NCBI GenBank assembly: GCA_029564765.1
Contig: JAKQPK010000050.1
Span: 146,977-210,976, forward strand
DNA from: Candidatus Omnitrophota bacterium
Lineage (GTDB): Bacteria > Omnitrophota > Gorgyraeia > Zapsychrales > Aceulaceae
Length of the DNA: 64,000 nucleotides
Reading direction: 5' to 3'
The notes under the pieces were generated by a model. That model did no database searches, was not told where the DNA came from, and was given only the letters and a program-made list of their open reading frames with translations. Of this stretch, positions 38,738-48,613 are shown piece after piece (position 1 is the first letter of the stretch; each line of letters begins with the position of its first letter). The position numbers and the translations under genes were made by a program.

Positions 38738-40510
38738 TTATTTTCTCTCGCTAAAAATATGCGAAGCATATTTTTTTAGCTTCATCTTCAAAAACTCTTC
38801 TATATGTTCGCCGGTCGATAATTTAAGCGTTTCTTCCGCTATCTCCTGGGCGTCCTTAAAATAAAAACTACGGACCAACTCTTTGATCTGTAAAATATTT
38901 AAAGATGACATGCTCAGCTCGTCCAAGCCTAAACCCAACAAAAAAAGCGCAAAAATAGGCTCACTCGCCATCTCTCCGCATAACCCCACTTCAATACCCG
39001 CGGCATGCGCCGCATCAATTGTTTTTTTGATCAGCCGCAAAACAGAAGGGTGTGAAGGTTGATAAAGATTCGCGGTCTGTTCATTGGTACGGTCCACGGC
39101 CAAAGTATACTGGATCAGATCGTTGGTTCCGATACTAAAGAAATCGACTTCGCGAGCCAAGATATCAGCGGTCATGGCTGCCGACGGGACCTCGATCATA
39201 ATGCCCACCGGCATGTTCGCCTTAAAAGGAACTTTTTCTTTTTTAAGGCTGTTCTTAGCTTCTTGCATGATCGTGTTCGCTTCTCGAAGCTCACTGACAC
39301 CAGAAACCATCGGGTACATCATCTTCAGGTTCCCGTGCACGGATGCGCGAAGGATCGCGCGCAGCTGAACCTTAAAAATGTCAGGACGGCCCAAGCAAAA
39401 ACGGATCGCGCGCCAACCTAAAAAAGACTTCATTTCTTTAGGTACGTCGATACTGGACGCAAATTTATCCCCTCCCAGATCTAGCGTACGGATGATCACA
39501 GGATGAGGCGCCATTTTTTCCGCGACATAGCGATACGCCTTAAACTGCTCTTCTTCGGTTGGGAGATCCTTACGGTTCATATACAAATATTCCGTACGGT
39601 ACAGACCAACACCATCACAATTTTGTTTAAGGATCGTCGGGATCTCTTCCGGAAGCTCCAAATTCGCCATGAGCGATATGCGATGCGCGTCCTTGGTTTG
39701 TGCCGGTAGATCTTTAATATCATCAAAACGCGACTTGGATGCCGCGATCTTGCTTTTAACAATATTATATTTTTCTTTTGTCTTGTCGGATGGGTCAATG
39801 ATCAAAAAACCTTTACGCCCATCAACGATCACATAATCTTGATTATGGACGCGCAATGTGGCGTCCTTTAAACCAACAACCGCGGGGATCCCTAAGGACT
39901 TTGCCATGATCGCCGTGTGCGATGTGCGGCCACCGACATCAGTGGCAAAAGCCAGGATCCGCTTGTTATACATCCCTGCCGTATCTGACGGCGAAAAGTC
40001 ATGCGCAATAACGATCGTGTCCTCGCTCAAATTGTCTAGATCATGGATCTTTGTTTCTTCCATCAGATTCTTGAGAACACGCTTACTGACATCATTGATA
40101 TCGCTTGTGCGATCGCGCAAATATTCATCCTGGATCCCTGAAAAAGCCTTGATATATCGTTTCATGACCTGCGAAAAGACATATTCAACGCAAACCTTAT
40201 CTTTCTTGATATTCTTAATAATCTCCTGGATGATGGTCCGGTCTTCTAGGACAAGAAGGTGCGCGTCAAAGATCTGCGCATGACGTACACCCATATCTTG
40301 AGAGATGCGGGACTGAACGCTTAAGATCTCCTCGCGGGTCTTGATCAGCGCTTCTTCAAAGCGAGCGATCTCAATAGGGATCTCCTTATCTAAGATGGAC
40401 CGCGGCTGAATAAAAAAATCCTGTTTGTCCAGAATGAATGCCGGCCCCGAGGCAACGCCAGGCGCTGCCGGGATCCCGCTTAAAATTATTTCTTTGCTGC
40501 GTGTTTTCAT
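38738..40510 (-). CDS. ptsI: Phosphoenolpyruvate-protein phosphotransferase (PTS Enzyme I, no GAF domain)
   Basis: [11 protein letters not shown] (active His) and the PEP-utilising TIM barrel; 590 aa. Confidence 0.9.
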   Translation of the reverse strand: MKTRSKEIILSGIPAAPGVASGPAFILDKQDFFIQPRSILDKEIPIEIARFEEALIKTREEILSVQSRISQDMGVRHAQIFDAHLLVLEDRTIIQEIIKNIKKDKVCVEYVFSQVMKRYIKAFSGIQDEYLRDRTSDINDVSKRVLKNLMEETKIHDLDNLSEDTIVIAHDFSPSDTAGMYNKRILAFATDVGGRTSHTAIMAKSLGIPAVVGLKDATLRVHNQDYVIVDGRKGFLIIDPSDKTKEKYNIVKSKIAASKSRFDDIKDLPAQTKDAHRISLMANLELPEEIPTILKQNCDGVGLYRTEYLYMNRKDLPTEEEQFKAYRYVAEKMAPHPVIIRTLDLGGDKFASSIDVPKEMKSFLGWRAIRFCLGRPDIFKVQLRAILRASVHGNLKMMYPMVSGVSELREANTIMQEAKNSLKKEKVPFKANMPVGIMIEVPSAAMTADILAREVDFFSIGTNDLIQYTLAVDRTNEQTANLYQPSHPSVLRLIKKTIDAAHAAGIEVGLCGEMASEPIFALFLLGLGLDELSMSSLNILQIKELVRSFYFKDAQEIAEETLKLSTGEHIEEFLKMKLKKYASHIFSERK

Positions 40511-40516
40511 AAGAAA

Positions 40517-40780
40517 CTAATTGTTGGTCAATAAAAATGTTGCTAACTCTTCCACTGCCTTGGCTGCATCCTCACCTTCTGCAGATACCACAAGAGCGCT
40601 TCCACGCTCTGCGGCCAACATCAAAACACCCATGATCGATTTACCATTAACGGCCTCGTTGCCCTTACGAATAACGATATCGCAATCGAATTTATTTGCT
40701 AACTGCACAAAAATAGCAGCGGGACGAGCATGCAGGCCTTGCTCGCTTTTCAATAAAACTTCTCGTTCAACTTTAGACAT
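40517..40780 (-). CDS. ptsH: Phosphocarrier protein HPr
   Basis: GLHARPAA (His15) and GKSIMG (Ser46-type). Start at the internal MSKVE. Confidence 0.85.
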   Translation of the reverse strand: MSKVEREVLLKSEQGLHARPAAIFVQLANKFDCDIVIRKGNEAVNGKSIMGVLMLAAERGSALVVSAEGEDAAKAVEELATFLLTNN

Positions 40781-40799
40781 AATGGATCTTTTCTTTATC

Positions 40800-42065
40800 T
40801 TAGCGCTTAATGACCCGCTGAGCTTCAATGAGATCGATCAGTATCTTGGTTAATTTATCCGCATCATGACGAATAAAGTTATCGACACCCAAAAGATCAG
40901 CAGCGATCACTCTGCATCCTAAGGCTTTGATCACATCCACATCAGCAGCCACAGGATAAGAATTTTCCTGTCGATATTTTTCTAACGCCCCCGATGGAAC
41001 GATCGCATCGTTAAGCAAGCAGGCATCAACGATACGGCTTGTCGTATGCTTCATCAAGGCTTTCAGATGATCACTGGCTGCATAATCGTCAGTTTCACCG
41101 GGCTGTGTCATCACATTACAAACATAGATCTTGTACGCATGCGACTGCTCTAAAGCCTCTGTCATGCCATTAATGATCAGATTCGGTATAATACTCGTAT
41201 ACAAGCTTCCAGGACCAAAAATGATCACATCCGCATTCGCAATCGCCTCTAAGGCGTCTTGTGTAGGCCTGGTTGCCTCGGGCTTTAAATAAAGCCGTCT
41301 AATGTGTTTGCCGCGCTGAGGGATCTTTGCCTCGCCCTCGGTCCATGTGCCATCCTCATATTCAGCGACCAGATGAACATTGCTGATCGTTGAAGGAACG
41401 ACCTTGCCGCGGATCGCCAAAACTTTACTAGACTCCTTGACCGCTTTCTCAAAATCACCACCTGTCAACTGTACCATCGCTGTCAAAAAAAGGTTGCCAA
41501 AATTATGCCCTTGCAGCTGTGAATCCTTCGCAAAGCGGAATTGAAAAAGCTCACCCATTAAAGCCGGCGCATCCGCTAGTGCGACTAAGCAGTTGCGAAT
41601 ATCTCCAGGAGCGACAATATTAAATTCTTCTCGTAAGCGACCCGAAGACCCTCCGCTATCAGCCACGGTCACGATCGCGGTCAGGTTGGATGTATAACTT
41701 TTAAGACCGAACAATAAATTCGATAACCCATGACCGCCACCGATCGCCACGACCTTGGGCCCGCGCTCTAAATAGCGTCTCTGGTAGAGAATATTCACCA
41801 GATCACGCTCACGTTCTGGCAAAAATAGTGTGATCAATGATATGATCATCTTGATGATACCTAAGACGACGAGGGCGACACCGCACAAGATGATCACAAA
41901 GCCGGCGATCGTCACAAACGTGAATTCTGAAACGGCAAAAATAACTCCCAGGGCGACAATAAAGATCCCTAAGACCGTTGTCAGAAACCAACGCTTGATG
42001 CGCATCCCCGGATAACACCACTTGATGATGTAATCTAAAAATGAGAAATTCGTATCAGTCCTCAT
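40800..42065 (-). CDS. YvcK/CofD-family (UPF0052, gluconeogenesis factor-like) protein with an N-terminal two-helix membrane anchor
   Basis: VVAIGGGHGLSNLL...VADSGGSSGRLR core; N-terminal ~70 aa hydrophobic extension (IFIVALGVIFAV..., FVIILCGVALVVLGII). Confidence 0.8.
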   Translation of the reverse strand: MRTDTNFSFLDYIIKWCYPGMRIKRWFLTTVLGIFIVALGVIFAVSEFTFVTIAGFVIILCGVALVVLGIIKMIISLITLFLPERERDLVNILYQRRYLERGPKVVAIGGGHGLSNLLFGLKSYTSNLTAIVTVADSGGSSGRLREEFNIVAPGDIRNCLVALADAPALMGELFQFRFAKDSQLQGHNFGNLFLTAMVQLTGGDFEKAVKESSKVLAIRGKVVPSTISNVHLVAEYEDGTWTEGEAKIPQRGKHIRRLYLKPEATRPTQDALEAIANADVIIFGPGSLYTSIIPNLIINGMTEALEQSHAYKIYVCNVMTQPGETDDYAASDHLKALMKHTTSRIVDACLLNDAIVPSGALEKYRQENSYPVAADVDVIKALGCRVIAADLLGVDNFIRHDADKLTKILIDLIEAQRVIKR

Positions 42066-42117
42066 GGGTCGTAACTATTATATTGTGTAATATGAAGTTC
42101 GAGACGAAAGGTTATCG

Positions 42118-42588
42118 CTAACCGATACGTTCGTCTTCTAAAGCAATCAGCTTTAATACGGCTTTTGTGTTCTCGGCAGCTCGGAGACTGTCGCGGAAGA
42201 ACTTATCTTTGAGCAAGCGGGAGATCCGTGCCAACGCCTTCAAGTGTGGTCCGGCCGAATCCATCGGTGCGACAAGAAGAAAAAAGACGTGAGCAGGCTC
42301 ACCGTCTAACGAATCGAAATCAACGCCATTCTTACTGATCCCTAAGCTCGCGATGAGTTTATCCACGCCCTCAAATTTAGCATGCGGGATCGCAACGCCC
42401 TGGCCGATCGCAGTTGAGCCCAGCTCTTCCCGGGCCATGATCACATCAAATATCTTATTCTTATCTTTCTTATCAACAACCTCGCCTTCAACCAAAAGCC
42501 CGATCAGTTCTTGGACAACATCTTTCTTAGTTGTCCCTTTCAGATCGACCGCGATCGCTTTCTTGCATAAGAAATCAGATAATTTCAT
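42118..42588 (-). CDS. ptsN: PTS EIIA-Ntr-type regulatory protein
   Basis: EIIA(Fru/Mtl) fold with GVAIPHA (active His); 156 aa. Confidence 0.85.
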   Translation of the reverse strand: MKLSDFLCKKAIAVDLKGTTKKDVVQELIGLLVEGEVVDKKDKNKIFDVIMAREELGSTAIGQGVAIPHAKFEGVDKLIASLGISKNGVDFDSLDGEPAHVFFLLVAPMDSAGPHLKALARISRLLKDKFFRDSLRAAENTKAVLKLIALEDERIG

Positions 42589-42663
42589 TCAATCCTCCTC
42601 ATATCAAAATAACACAGCTCTTTTCAAAAGACATTCCTTTGAAATAGCTGAAAAACGCAAACG

Positions 42664-42735
42664 AGCGGCGGATGGGGCTTGAACCCATGACATCCACCTT
42701 GGCAAGGTGGCATTCTACCACTGAATTACCGCCGC
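42664..42735 (-). tRNA. tRNA-Gly (anticodon GCC)
   Basis: Hand-folded: acceptor GCGGCGG/CCGCCGC, anticodon loop CUUGCCAA, T-loop GGTTCAAGCC, discriminator U; no encoded CCA. Confidence 0.8.
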
Positions 42736-42763
42736 AAATTTCAAAGGCCAACAAAGATATTAT

Positions 42764-42845
42764 ATGGGCGGAAGAGGACTTGAACCTCCATGGGTTGCCC
42801 CACTAGTTCCTAAGACTAGCGCGTATACCAATTCCGCCATCCGCC
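42764..42845 (-). tRNA. tRNA-Leu (anticodon TAG), long variable arm
   Basis: Acceptor GGGCGGA/UCCGCCC + A; anticodon loop CUUAGGA; 82 nt. Confidence 0.75.
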
Positions 42846-42915
42846 CTTATGATGTCCCAATAAGGCGATGCTCCATGGCCTTTTATGATCAACAAGAAAA
42901 TTTCTTGTCACAAAA

Positions 42916-42991
42916 TGGTGACCCACCCGCGACTCGAACGCGGCACACCAGCCTTAAAAGGGCTGTGCTCTACCAGATGAGCTAGTGGGTC
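42916..42991 (-). tRNA. tRNA-Lys (anticodon TTT) with encoded CCA
   Basis: Acceptor GACCCAC/GUGGGUC, anticodon loop CUUUUAA, T-arm CCGCG-TTCGAGT-CGCGG, A-CCA 3' end. Confidence 0.8.
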
Positions 42992-43014
42992 AAATTCTCA
43001 AAGATCAAAAACTT

Positions 43015-43593
43015 TTAAACGCCGTAGTCAACTAACTCTTTATCTTTAGCCACCAGGACATCGTCCACTTCTTTGATAAACTTGTCTGTAAGCTTTTGAA
43101 CAGCCTCTTGACCGTTAAAGCTATCGTCTTTCGAGGCCTGCTTGTCCTGTTCCATCTTCTTGATCTTATCATTAGCTTCGCGGCGAATGGACCGAAGAGA
43201 AACCCGCCCTTTCTCCGCCATTTCTTTAACGACTTTTCTTAATTCCTCGCGGCGCTCCTTAGAAAGCGGTGGAATGCTCAGCCGGATCACCTTCCCATCA
43301 TTGGATGGCATAATGCCAAGCTTGGATTGGTTGATCGCCTGTTCGATCATCGGGATAGCGCTGACATCCCAAGGTTGAATCACAACGGTCTTAGCATCCG
43401 GAATGGAGATCGAGGCGATCTGTTTGATCATTGTCGGGGTTCCATAGTAATCCACGTGAACGCCCTCGATCAAGCCGGGATGTGCTCGCCCGGTGCGAAC
43501 CTCAGAAAACTCACGTGATACAGCTTCGATCGTTTTCTTCATTTTACCTTCTATTTCGCGAACGACATCCTTAACGCTCATATCCACCCCCAA
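43015..43593 (-). CDS. frr: Ribosome recycling factor
   Basis: 192 aa; typical RRF sequence; in the rpsB-tsf-pyrH-frr cluster. Confidence 0.9.
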   Translation of the reverse strand: MGVDMSVKDVVREIEGKMKKTIEAVSREFSEVRTGRAHPGLIEGVHVDYYGTPTMIKQIASISIPDAKTVVIQPWDVSAIPMIEQAINQSKLGIMPSNDGKVIRLSIPPLSKERREELRKVVKEMAEKGRVSLRSIRREANDKIKKMEQDKQASKDDSFNGQEAVQKLTDKFIKEVDDVLVAKDKELVDYGV

Positions 43594-43595
43594 AA

Positions 43596-44315
43596 TTATT
43601 TAACGGTTGTCCCGATGGTCTCACCGAAAACAACTTTTTTAATATTTCCTTTTTTTGTAAGATCAAAAACAACAATCGGTAAATTGTTGTCCATGCACAT
43701 GCTGATCGCGGTCGCATCCATGACCTTTAGATGCTTGTTGAGCACATCAATGAACTCAAGCTGCGAAAATTTCTTTGCGCTCTTATCCTTCACGGGATCC
43801 GCAGAATAAACACCATCGACCTTGGTCGCCTTTAAGATCACTTCAGCACCGATCTCTTTGGCCCTTAACGCAGCGGCGGTGTCTGTTGTAAAATAAGGGT
43901 TTCCTGTGCCAGCCACAAAGATAATAACACGTCTTTTTTCTAAATGACGCATCGCGCGACGACGGATATAAGGTTCCGCGACCGCATGCATATCAATGGC
44001 CGTGATAACCCGAGTCGAAACGTCAAGCTGCTCCAACGCGTTTTGTAAGGCAAGTCCATTCAAGACCGTGGCAAGCATCCCCATATAATCAGCGACAGAA
44101 CGATCAAGGCCAAAACGCTTTGACTCAAGCTGCCCACGAAAAATGTTGCCACCTCCAACGACAAGGGCGACATCCACGCCAGCCTGCCAGATCTCTTTGA
44201 TCTGCGCTGCCAGCGAAGCGCATGTTTCAGCATCGATACCATGCCCCTGCTGCCCTTGCATAGCTTCACCGCTAAGCTTAAGCAAAATACGTTTATAGGC
44301 TGGTCTTTTATTCAC
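43596..44315 (-). CDS. pyrH: UMP kinase
   Basis: [17 protein letters not shown]. Confidence 0.95.
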   Translation of the reverse strand: MNKRPAYKRILLKLSGEAMQGQQGHGIDAETCASLAAQIKEIWQAGVDVALVVGGGNIFRGQLESKRFGLDRSVADYMGMLATVLNGLALQNALEQLDVSTRVITAIDMHAVAEPYIRRRAMRHLEKRRVIIFVAGTGNPYFTTDTAAALRAKEIGAEVILKATKVDGVYSADPVKDKSAKKFSQLEFIDVLNKHLKVMDATAISMCMDNNLPIVVFDLTKKGNIKKVVFGETIGTTVK

Positions 44316-44838
44316 TTTCTCCTACCTTGAAGCGCTTAAAGCGGCCAACGAACATGTTCTCGCCAATCTTAACGACCAAGGTGTTCAGATAATCCTGGAT
44401 CGTCATCTTCGGATCCTTAACGAAAGGCTGGTCCATTAAACATTTTTCCTTAGCAAAGGTATCAGCGTCTGGCTGCTGGGCAAGGACATCCGCCGGGATC
44501 TCTTCCCGTCGAACATATTGAGGAGCCATAGCCGCGATATGCAAAGCGACATCTTTTGAGAACTGCATAAAATCATTGTTTTTAGCAACAAAATCTGTTT
44601 CACAATTCACTTCTACTAATACCCCGATCTTAGATCCTGAATGGATATAACATTCTACGCGTCCTTCTTTAGCGCTACGGGTCCCTTTTTTAGCGGCGAT
44701 CTCTAGCCCGCGCTTTCTTAAGATTTCTTTGGCCTTATCAAAATCTCCACCTGTTTCTTCCAGGGCCTTTTTGCATTCGATCACACCGCAAGATGTTTGC
44801 TCTCGCAGTTCCTTAATCGCGTCAACACTAGCTCCCAT
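44308..44838 (-). CDS. tsf: Elongation factor Ts (short form)
   Basis: N-terminal UBA-like [19 protein letters not shown]; 176 aa. Confidence 0.9.
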   Translation of the reverse strand: MGASVDAIKELREQTSCGVIECKKALEETGGDFDKAKEILRKRGLEIAAKKGTRSAKEGRVECYIHSGSKIGVLVEVNCETDFVAKNNDFMQFSKDVALHIAAMAPQYVRREEIPADVLAQQPDADTFAKEKCLMDQPFVKDPKMTIQDYLNTLVVKIGENMFVGRFKRFKVGESE

Positions 44839-44882
44839 GATCCTAAATCCTTTCTGTCAATAAACGATGAACGAACAACATC

Positions 44883-45629
44883 CTAAACTTTAGCTTCAGC
44901 CTCAACATCGTCCTTGCTCCGCTTTTGAGCAGCAACGCTTGTCATATATCCTTTACGTCCCTCAACAATGCTGTCAGTAATGATCGACAAGATCAATCGG
45001 ATCGATTTTAAGGCATCATCATTGCCGGGAATGGGATAGTCAACCATATTAGGATCACAGATCGTATCCACGATTGCCACGACAGGGATCTTAAGCTTTC
45101 TGGCTTCTTTTACAGCGATCTCTTCCTTCTTAAGATCGACGACCAGAAGGGCTTGAGGCAATGTTTTCATCGCACGGATACCGCTTAATTCTCTTAAAAG
45201 CTTTTCCCGTTCTTTTTGCATTCTAGAGATCTCTTTCTTTGTAAGCTTCTGCGCAACCTCATCTTCCAAAATGCGTTCAATATCGTTAAGCTTATCAAGA
45301 GATTTTTTCACTGTTTCAAAGTTAGTCAGCAATCCACCCGGCCAGCGATAGTTCACATGGAACATATCTGAACGCCCTGCCTCTTGAGCAATGACCTCCT
45401 GGGCTTGTTTCTTAGTCCCGACGAAAAGGATGCGACCACCTTTTGCAGCTACTTGATGTAAAAAATCGCGTGCTTGGTTCAAGCACTCGGCAGTTTTTTC
45501 AAGGTCAACAATGTAGATATTGTTACGAGCGCCAAAGATGAAGGGCTTCATCTTTGGGTTCCAGCGTTTTGTCTGATGACCGAAATGGACACCAGCTTCC
45601 AGCAACTTCTTGATCAATTCATTTGTCAT
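44883..45629 (-). CDS. rpsB: 30S ribosomal protein S2
   Basis: LLEAGVHFGHQTKRWNPKM. Confidence 0.95.
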   Translation of the reverse strand: MTNELIKKLLEAGVHFGHQTKRWNPKMKPFIFGARNNIYIVDLEKTAECLNQARDFLHQVAAKGGRILFVGTKKQAQEVIAQEAGRSDMFHVNYRWPGGLLTNFETVKKSLDKLNDIERILEDEVAQKLTKKEISRMQKEREKLLRELSGIRAMKTLPQALLVVDLKKEEIAVKEARKLKIPVVAIVDTICDPNMVDYPIPGNDDALKSIRLILSIITDSIVEGRKGYMTSVAAQKRSKDDVEAEAKV

Positions 45630-45695
45630 GTTCCTACGTTAGCCTCCGTTAATTTTTTGGTGAATTTTTCATTTTTCTAAAATGATAGGGATACA

Positions 45696-45724
45696 GTATA
45701 CATAATTATTATATTTTATGCAAT
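45696..45724 (-). promoter_or_regulatory. Candidate sigma70 promoter of the rpsB-tsf-pyrH-frr operon: -35 TTGCAT, 17 nt, -10 TATACT, read on the minus strand
   Basis: AT-rich 134-bp gap upstream of rpsB. GGAGG SD lies before the rpsB ATG. Confidence 0.5.
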
Positions 45725-45763
45725 ATTTTATTTTTTACGGATTTTCAGCAAAAATCATCAAAA

Positions 45764-47557
45764 TTAGGCCTGAAACTGGGTTTCATAGAGGCTTTTATAC
45801 AAGGGGCATGCGCCTAAAAGGTCTTCATGGGATCCTGAGCCAATGATCTTGCCAGCCTGTAAAACAACGATTTTCTTGGACTTACGAATAGTCGAAAGCC
45901 TGTGCGCTATACAGATGACCGTGCGATCCTTCATGAGCGCATCGATCGCATCTTGGACATATTTCTCAGACTGTGAATCAAGCTGTGACGTAGCCTCATC
46001 CAGGATGAGGATCGGGGCGTTCTTCAAGATCGCGCGCGCGATGGCGATCCGTTGACGCTCTCCTCCCGAAAGCCTAAATCCACGGTCGCCTATCATCGTG
46101 TCGTATCCTTCAGGGAGCTTAATAATAAAATCATGCGCAAACGCTTTTTTCGCGGCTGAACAGATCTGCTCATCCGTGGCCTCCATGTGGCCATAGGCGA
46201 TATTAGCACGCACTGTATCATTGAAAAGGATCGTCTCTTGGGTCACTATGCCGATCTGTCCACGCAAAGACTTGAACGTAACATCCTTTAGGCCTACGCC
46301 ATCGATCTCAACACTGCCTCGGACCGGATCGTAAAAACGAGGGATGAGGTTTGCTAACGTCGACTTTCCAGAGCCTGTGGGCCCAACGATCGCGACGATA
46401 TCACCCGCTCCGATCTCAAGATTAATGTTGCGCAAAGTGATCGTGTTCTCGTCATCATAATAAAAATCAACATTCTTGATAGAGATCTTTTCTCTGATCA
46501 GCCCAAGATCCTGCGCGTCAAGCTTTTCCACGACCGTAGGCTTCGCATTTAACACATCGTAAACCCGCTCATTCGCGGCTAACGCTTGCTGGATCAGCGC
46601 GTTGACATTGCTTAACTTCTTGATAGGGCTGAGCATGGATAACAGAGACCCAAAGAATAAACCGAACACACCAAAGGAAACCTGTCCCGAAATCACCTGC
46701 CGCCCGATCCAAAGCAAAACCCCTACGCCGCAGACAGCGCCAACGAACTCCGTGATCGGATTGATCAACAATGTTCGACGAATCGCTTTCATCTTAAGCT
46801 TATAAAAATCTTGATTCTGCCCTTTAAAACGATTCGTTTCGTATTCTTCCATGTTAAAGGCTTTGACGACGCGAACGCCAGAGATCGTTTCAAAAAGCAA
46901 TGAATTAATGTCCGCCATCTTGCCCTGTGATTTATGCGAAAGCATTTTTAGCTTACGCCCGATCTGACGCATCGGGATGAGGATCAATGCAGCCAGAACG
47001 AGTGTCACCAAAAAGACTTTTGGATAAATAAAAAGGATGATGATCGCGAACACAAGCAAACGAAATGATTGATAAAAAAGGTCTGTCACGCCGTAAGATA
47101 CCGCGTTCTCAACGACTTGAACATCGTTTGTGATGCGCGAAATAAGCTCTCCGACCCGCTTCTTGCTAAAATAATCTAGGGAAAGATTTTGAATCGTTTG
47201 ATACAGCCGAAAACGGATATCGCGCATGACCCGCTGCGAAACATCATTCATCAGGTACCCTTGCAAGAAAGCAAAGATCCCTTTCACGAGAAAAATGATC
47301 AAGCATCCGATAGCGACTATCGATAACAAGCGATCAGAAGGGATCATGTTGATACGTTGGGCAAAATCTCCAAGCCAGTGCGGGGCTTGAGCAGGTAAGG
47401 TTATCTCTCCCTTCCCTAAGATCTTGTCCGCCATAGGGATAATGAGCGACAATTGAAATCCATCAAAGATCGCAGAAACCAACATGCAGGCGGTCGCGCC
47501 AACAAGAACCTTGATGTGGCCTTTGAGGAACTTGAGAAGTTTAAAATAATTTTTCAT
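45764..47557 (-). CDS. msbA: ABC exporter, fused permease + ATPase, MsbA-like (lipid A/LPS flippase family)
   Basis: Six-TM domain followed by Walker A GPTGSGKST, LSGGERQRIAIARA, ILILDEATS. Start set at the internal MKNYFKLL. Confidence 0.85.
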   Translation of the reverse strand: MKNYFKLLKFLKGHIKVLVGATACMLVSAIFDGFQLSLIIPMADKILGKGEITLPAQAPHWLGDFAQRINMIPSDRLLSIVAIGCLIIFLVKGIFAFLQGYLMNDVSQRVMRDIRFRLYQTIQNLSLDYFSKKRVGELISRITNDVQVVENAVSYGVTDLFYQSFRLLVFAIIILFIYPKVFLVTLVLAALILIPMRQIGRKLKMLSHKSQGKMADINSLLFETISGVRVVKAFNMEEYETNRFKGQNQDFYKLKMKAIRRTLLINPITEFVGAVCGVGVLLWIGRQVISGQVSFGVFGLFFGSLLSMLSPIKKLSNVNALIQQALAANERVYDVLNAKPTVVEKLDAQDLGLIREKISIKNVDFYYDDENTITLRNINLEIGAGDIVAIVGPTGSGKSTLANLIPRFYDPVRGSVEIDGVGLKDVTFKSLRGQIGIVTQETILFNDTVRANIAYGHMEATDEQICSAAKKAFAHDFIIKLPEGYDTMIGDRGFRLSGGERQRIAIARAILKNAPILILDEATSQLDSQSEKYVQDAIDALMKDRTVICIAHRLSTIRKSKKIVVLQAGKIIGSGSHEDLLGACPLYKSLYETQFQA

Positions 47558-47617
47558 TGTTTCAGCGTTTAATATGTTTGTTGCGCAAGAAAATGAAGCC
47601 AAATCGTAGCATACGGA

Positions 47618-47646
47618 TTGACTTTTGTCGAGCGATTTGTTATAGT
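47618..47646 (+). promoter_or_regulatory. Candidate sigma70 promoter: TTGACT - 17 nt - TATAGT, driving the gnnA-like/lpxB genes, in a divergent region shared with msbA
   Basis: Near-consensus hexamers at 47618-47623 and 47641-47646. This means the first listed ATG at 47618 cannot be the start; the next Met is at 47675. Confidence 0.5.
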
Positions 47647-47674
47647 GCTGCCATACTTACAGCGACTAAAACAC

Positions 47675-48613
47675 ATGACCCCTGACAAAAAGATCAATAT
47701 TGCGATCATAGGCATTGGCCACCTCGGTTCACGCCACCTCAAAGTCTACTGCGAAATGGCTGATCAAGTCAATATTGTGGGCGTTTGTGATACACAGCAA
47801 GATAGAACGCTCAAGCTCGCAGATCATTACCATGTTCCCTATATTCGGGACATGCGAGACCTCTTGGGACGCGTAGAAGCTGTAAATATCTGCACGCCAA
47901 CAACTTCTCACTTTGAAATAGCCAAAGAATTCTTAAATAATAATGTTCATGTTTTTGTGGAAAAACCGATCACGACGACCGTAGCCCAAGCGGACAAGCT
48001 CGTTGCTCTGGCTAAAAAAAAGAAACGGATACTGCAAGTAGGCCATATTGAACGCTTTAATTCTGCTTTTGAAGGGATCCGCCATTTCGCGCGAAATCCC
48101 CGATTTGTGGAATGTCACCGTCTGAACCATTTCCCCAATCGTTCACTCGATATCGGCGTTGTCATGGATCTGATGATCCATGATATCGACATTGTCCTAG
48201 GGTTAACCGATGCTAAGATCAAAGCTATTGACGCGGTAGGCGTCAAAGTGTTAACGCCTCTAGAGGATATCGCGAATGCGCGTATCCGTTTTGGCAATGG
48301 CTGTGTCTGCAACCTTACGGCCAGCCGTGTCTCGGACGAAGTCACGCGTAAGATCCGTATTTTTCTTGATGATGCCTATATCTCCCTTGATTACGTCAAG
48401 CAGGAGGCCTTTATCTACAAAAAGCATGGCACGCTTATCAGCAAGCATGCGCTGCCTATCGAAAAAGAAGAACCCTTAAAAAAAGAACTTTTATCTTTCA
48501 TCGAATGCGTTCGTCATGGTCAAAAGCCTATCGTCTCTGGCTTGGAAGCCCGTAACGCCCTCAAGGTCGCGCTTGATATTACCCAAAAAATATGGAAACA
48601 GCAAAACATCTGA
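47675..48613 (+). CDS. Gfo/Idh/MocA-family NAD(P)-dependent oxidoreductase; candidate UDP-GlcNAc 3-dehydrogenase (GnnA-like)
   Basis: Rossmann N-terminus INIAIIGIGHLG, EKP motif (VFVEKPIT). Overlaps and is co-oriented with lpxB. Confidence 0.75.
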   Translation: MTPDKKINIAIIGIGHLGSRHLKVYCEMADQVNIVGVCDTQQDRTLKLADHYHVPYIRDMRDLLGRVEAVNICTPTTSHFEIAKEFLNNNVHVFVEKPITTTVAQADKLVALAKKKKRILQVGHIERFNSAFEGIRHFARNPRFVECHRLNHFPNRSLDIGVVMDLMIHDIDIVLGLTDAKIKAIDAVGVKVLTPLEDIANARIRFGNGCVCNLTASRVSDEVTRKIRIFLDDAYISLDYVKQEAFIYKKHGTLISKHALPIEKEEPLKKELLSFIECVRHGQKPIVSGLEARNALKVALDITQKIWKQQNI

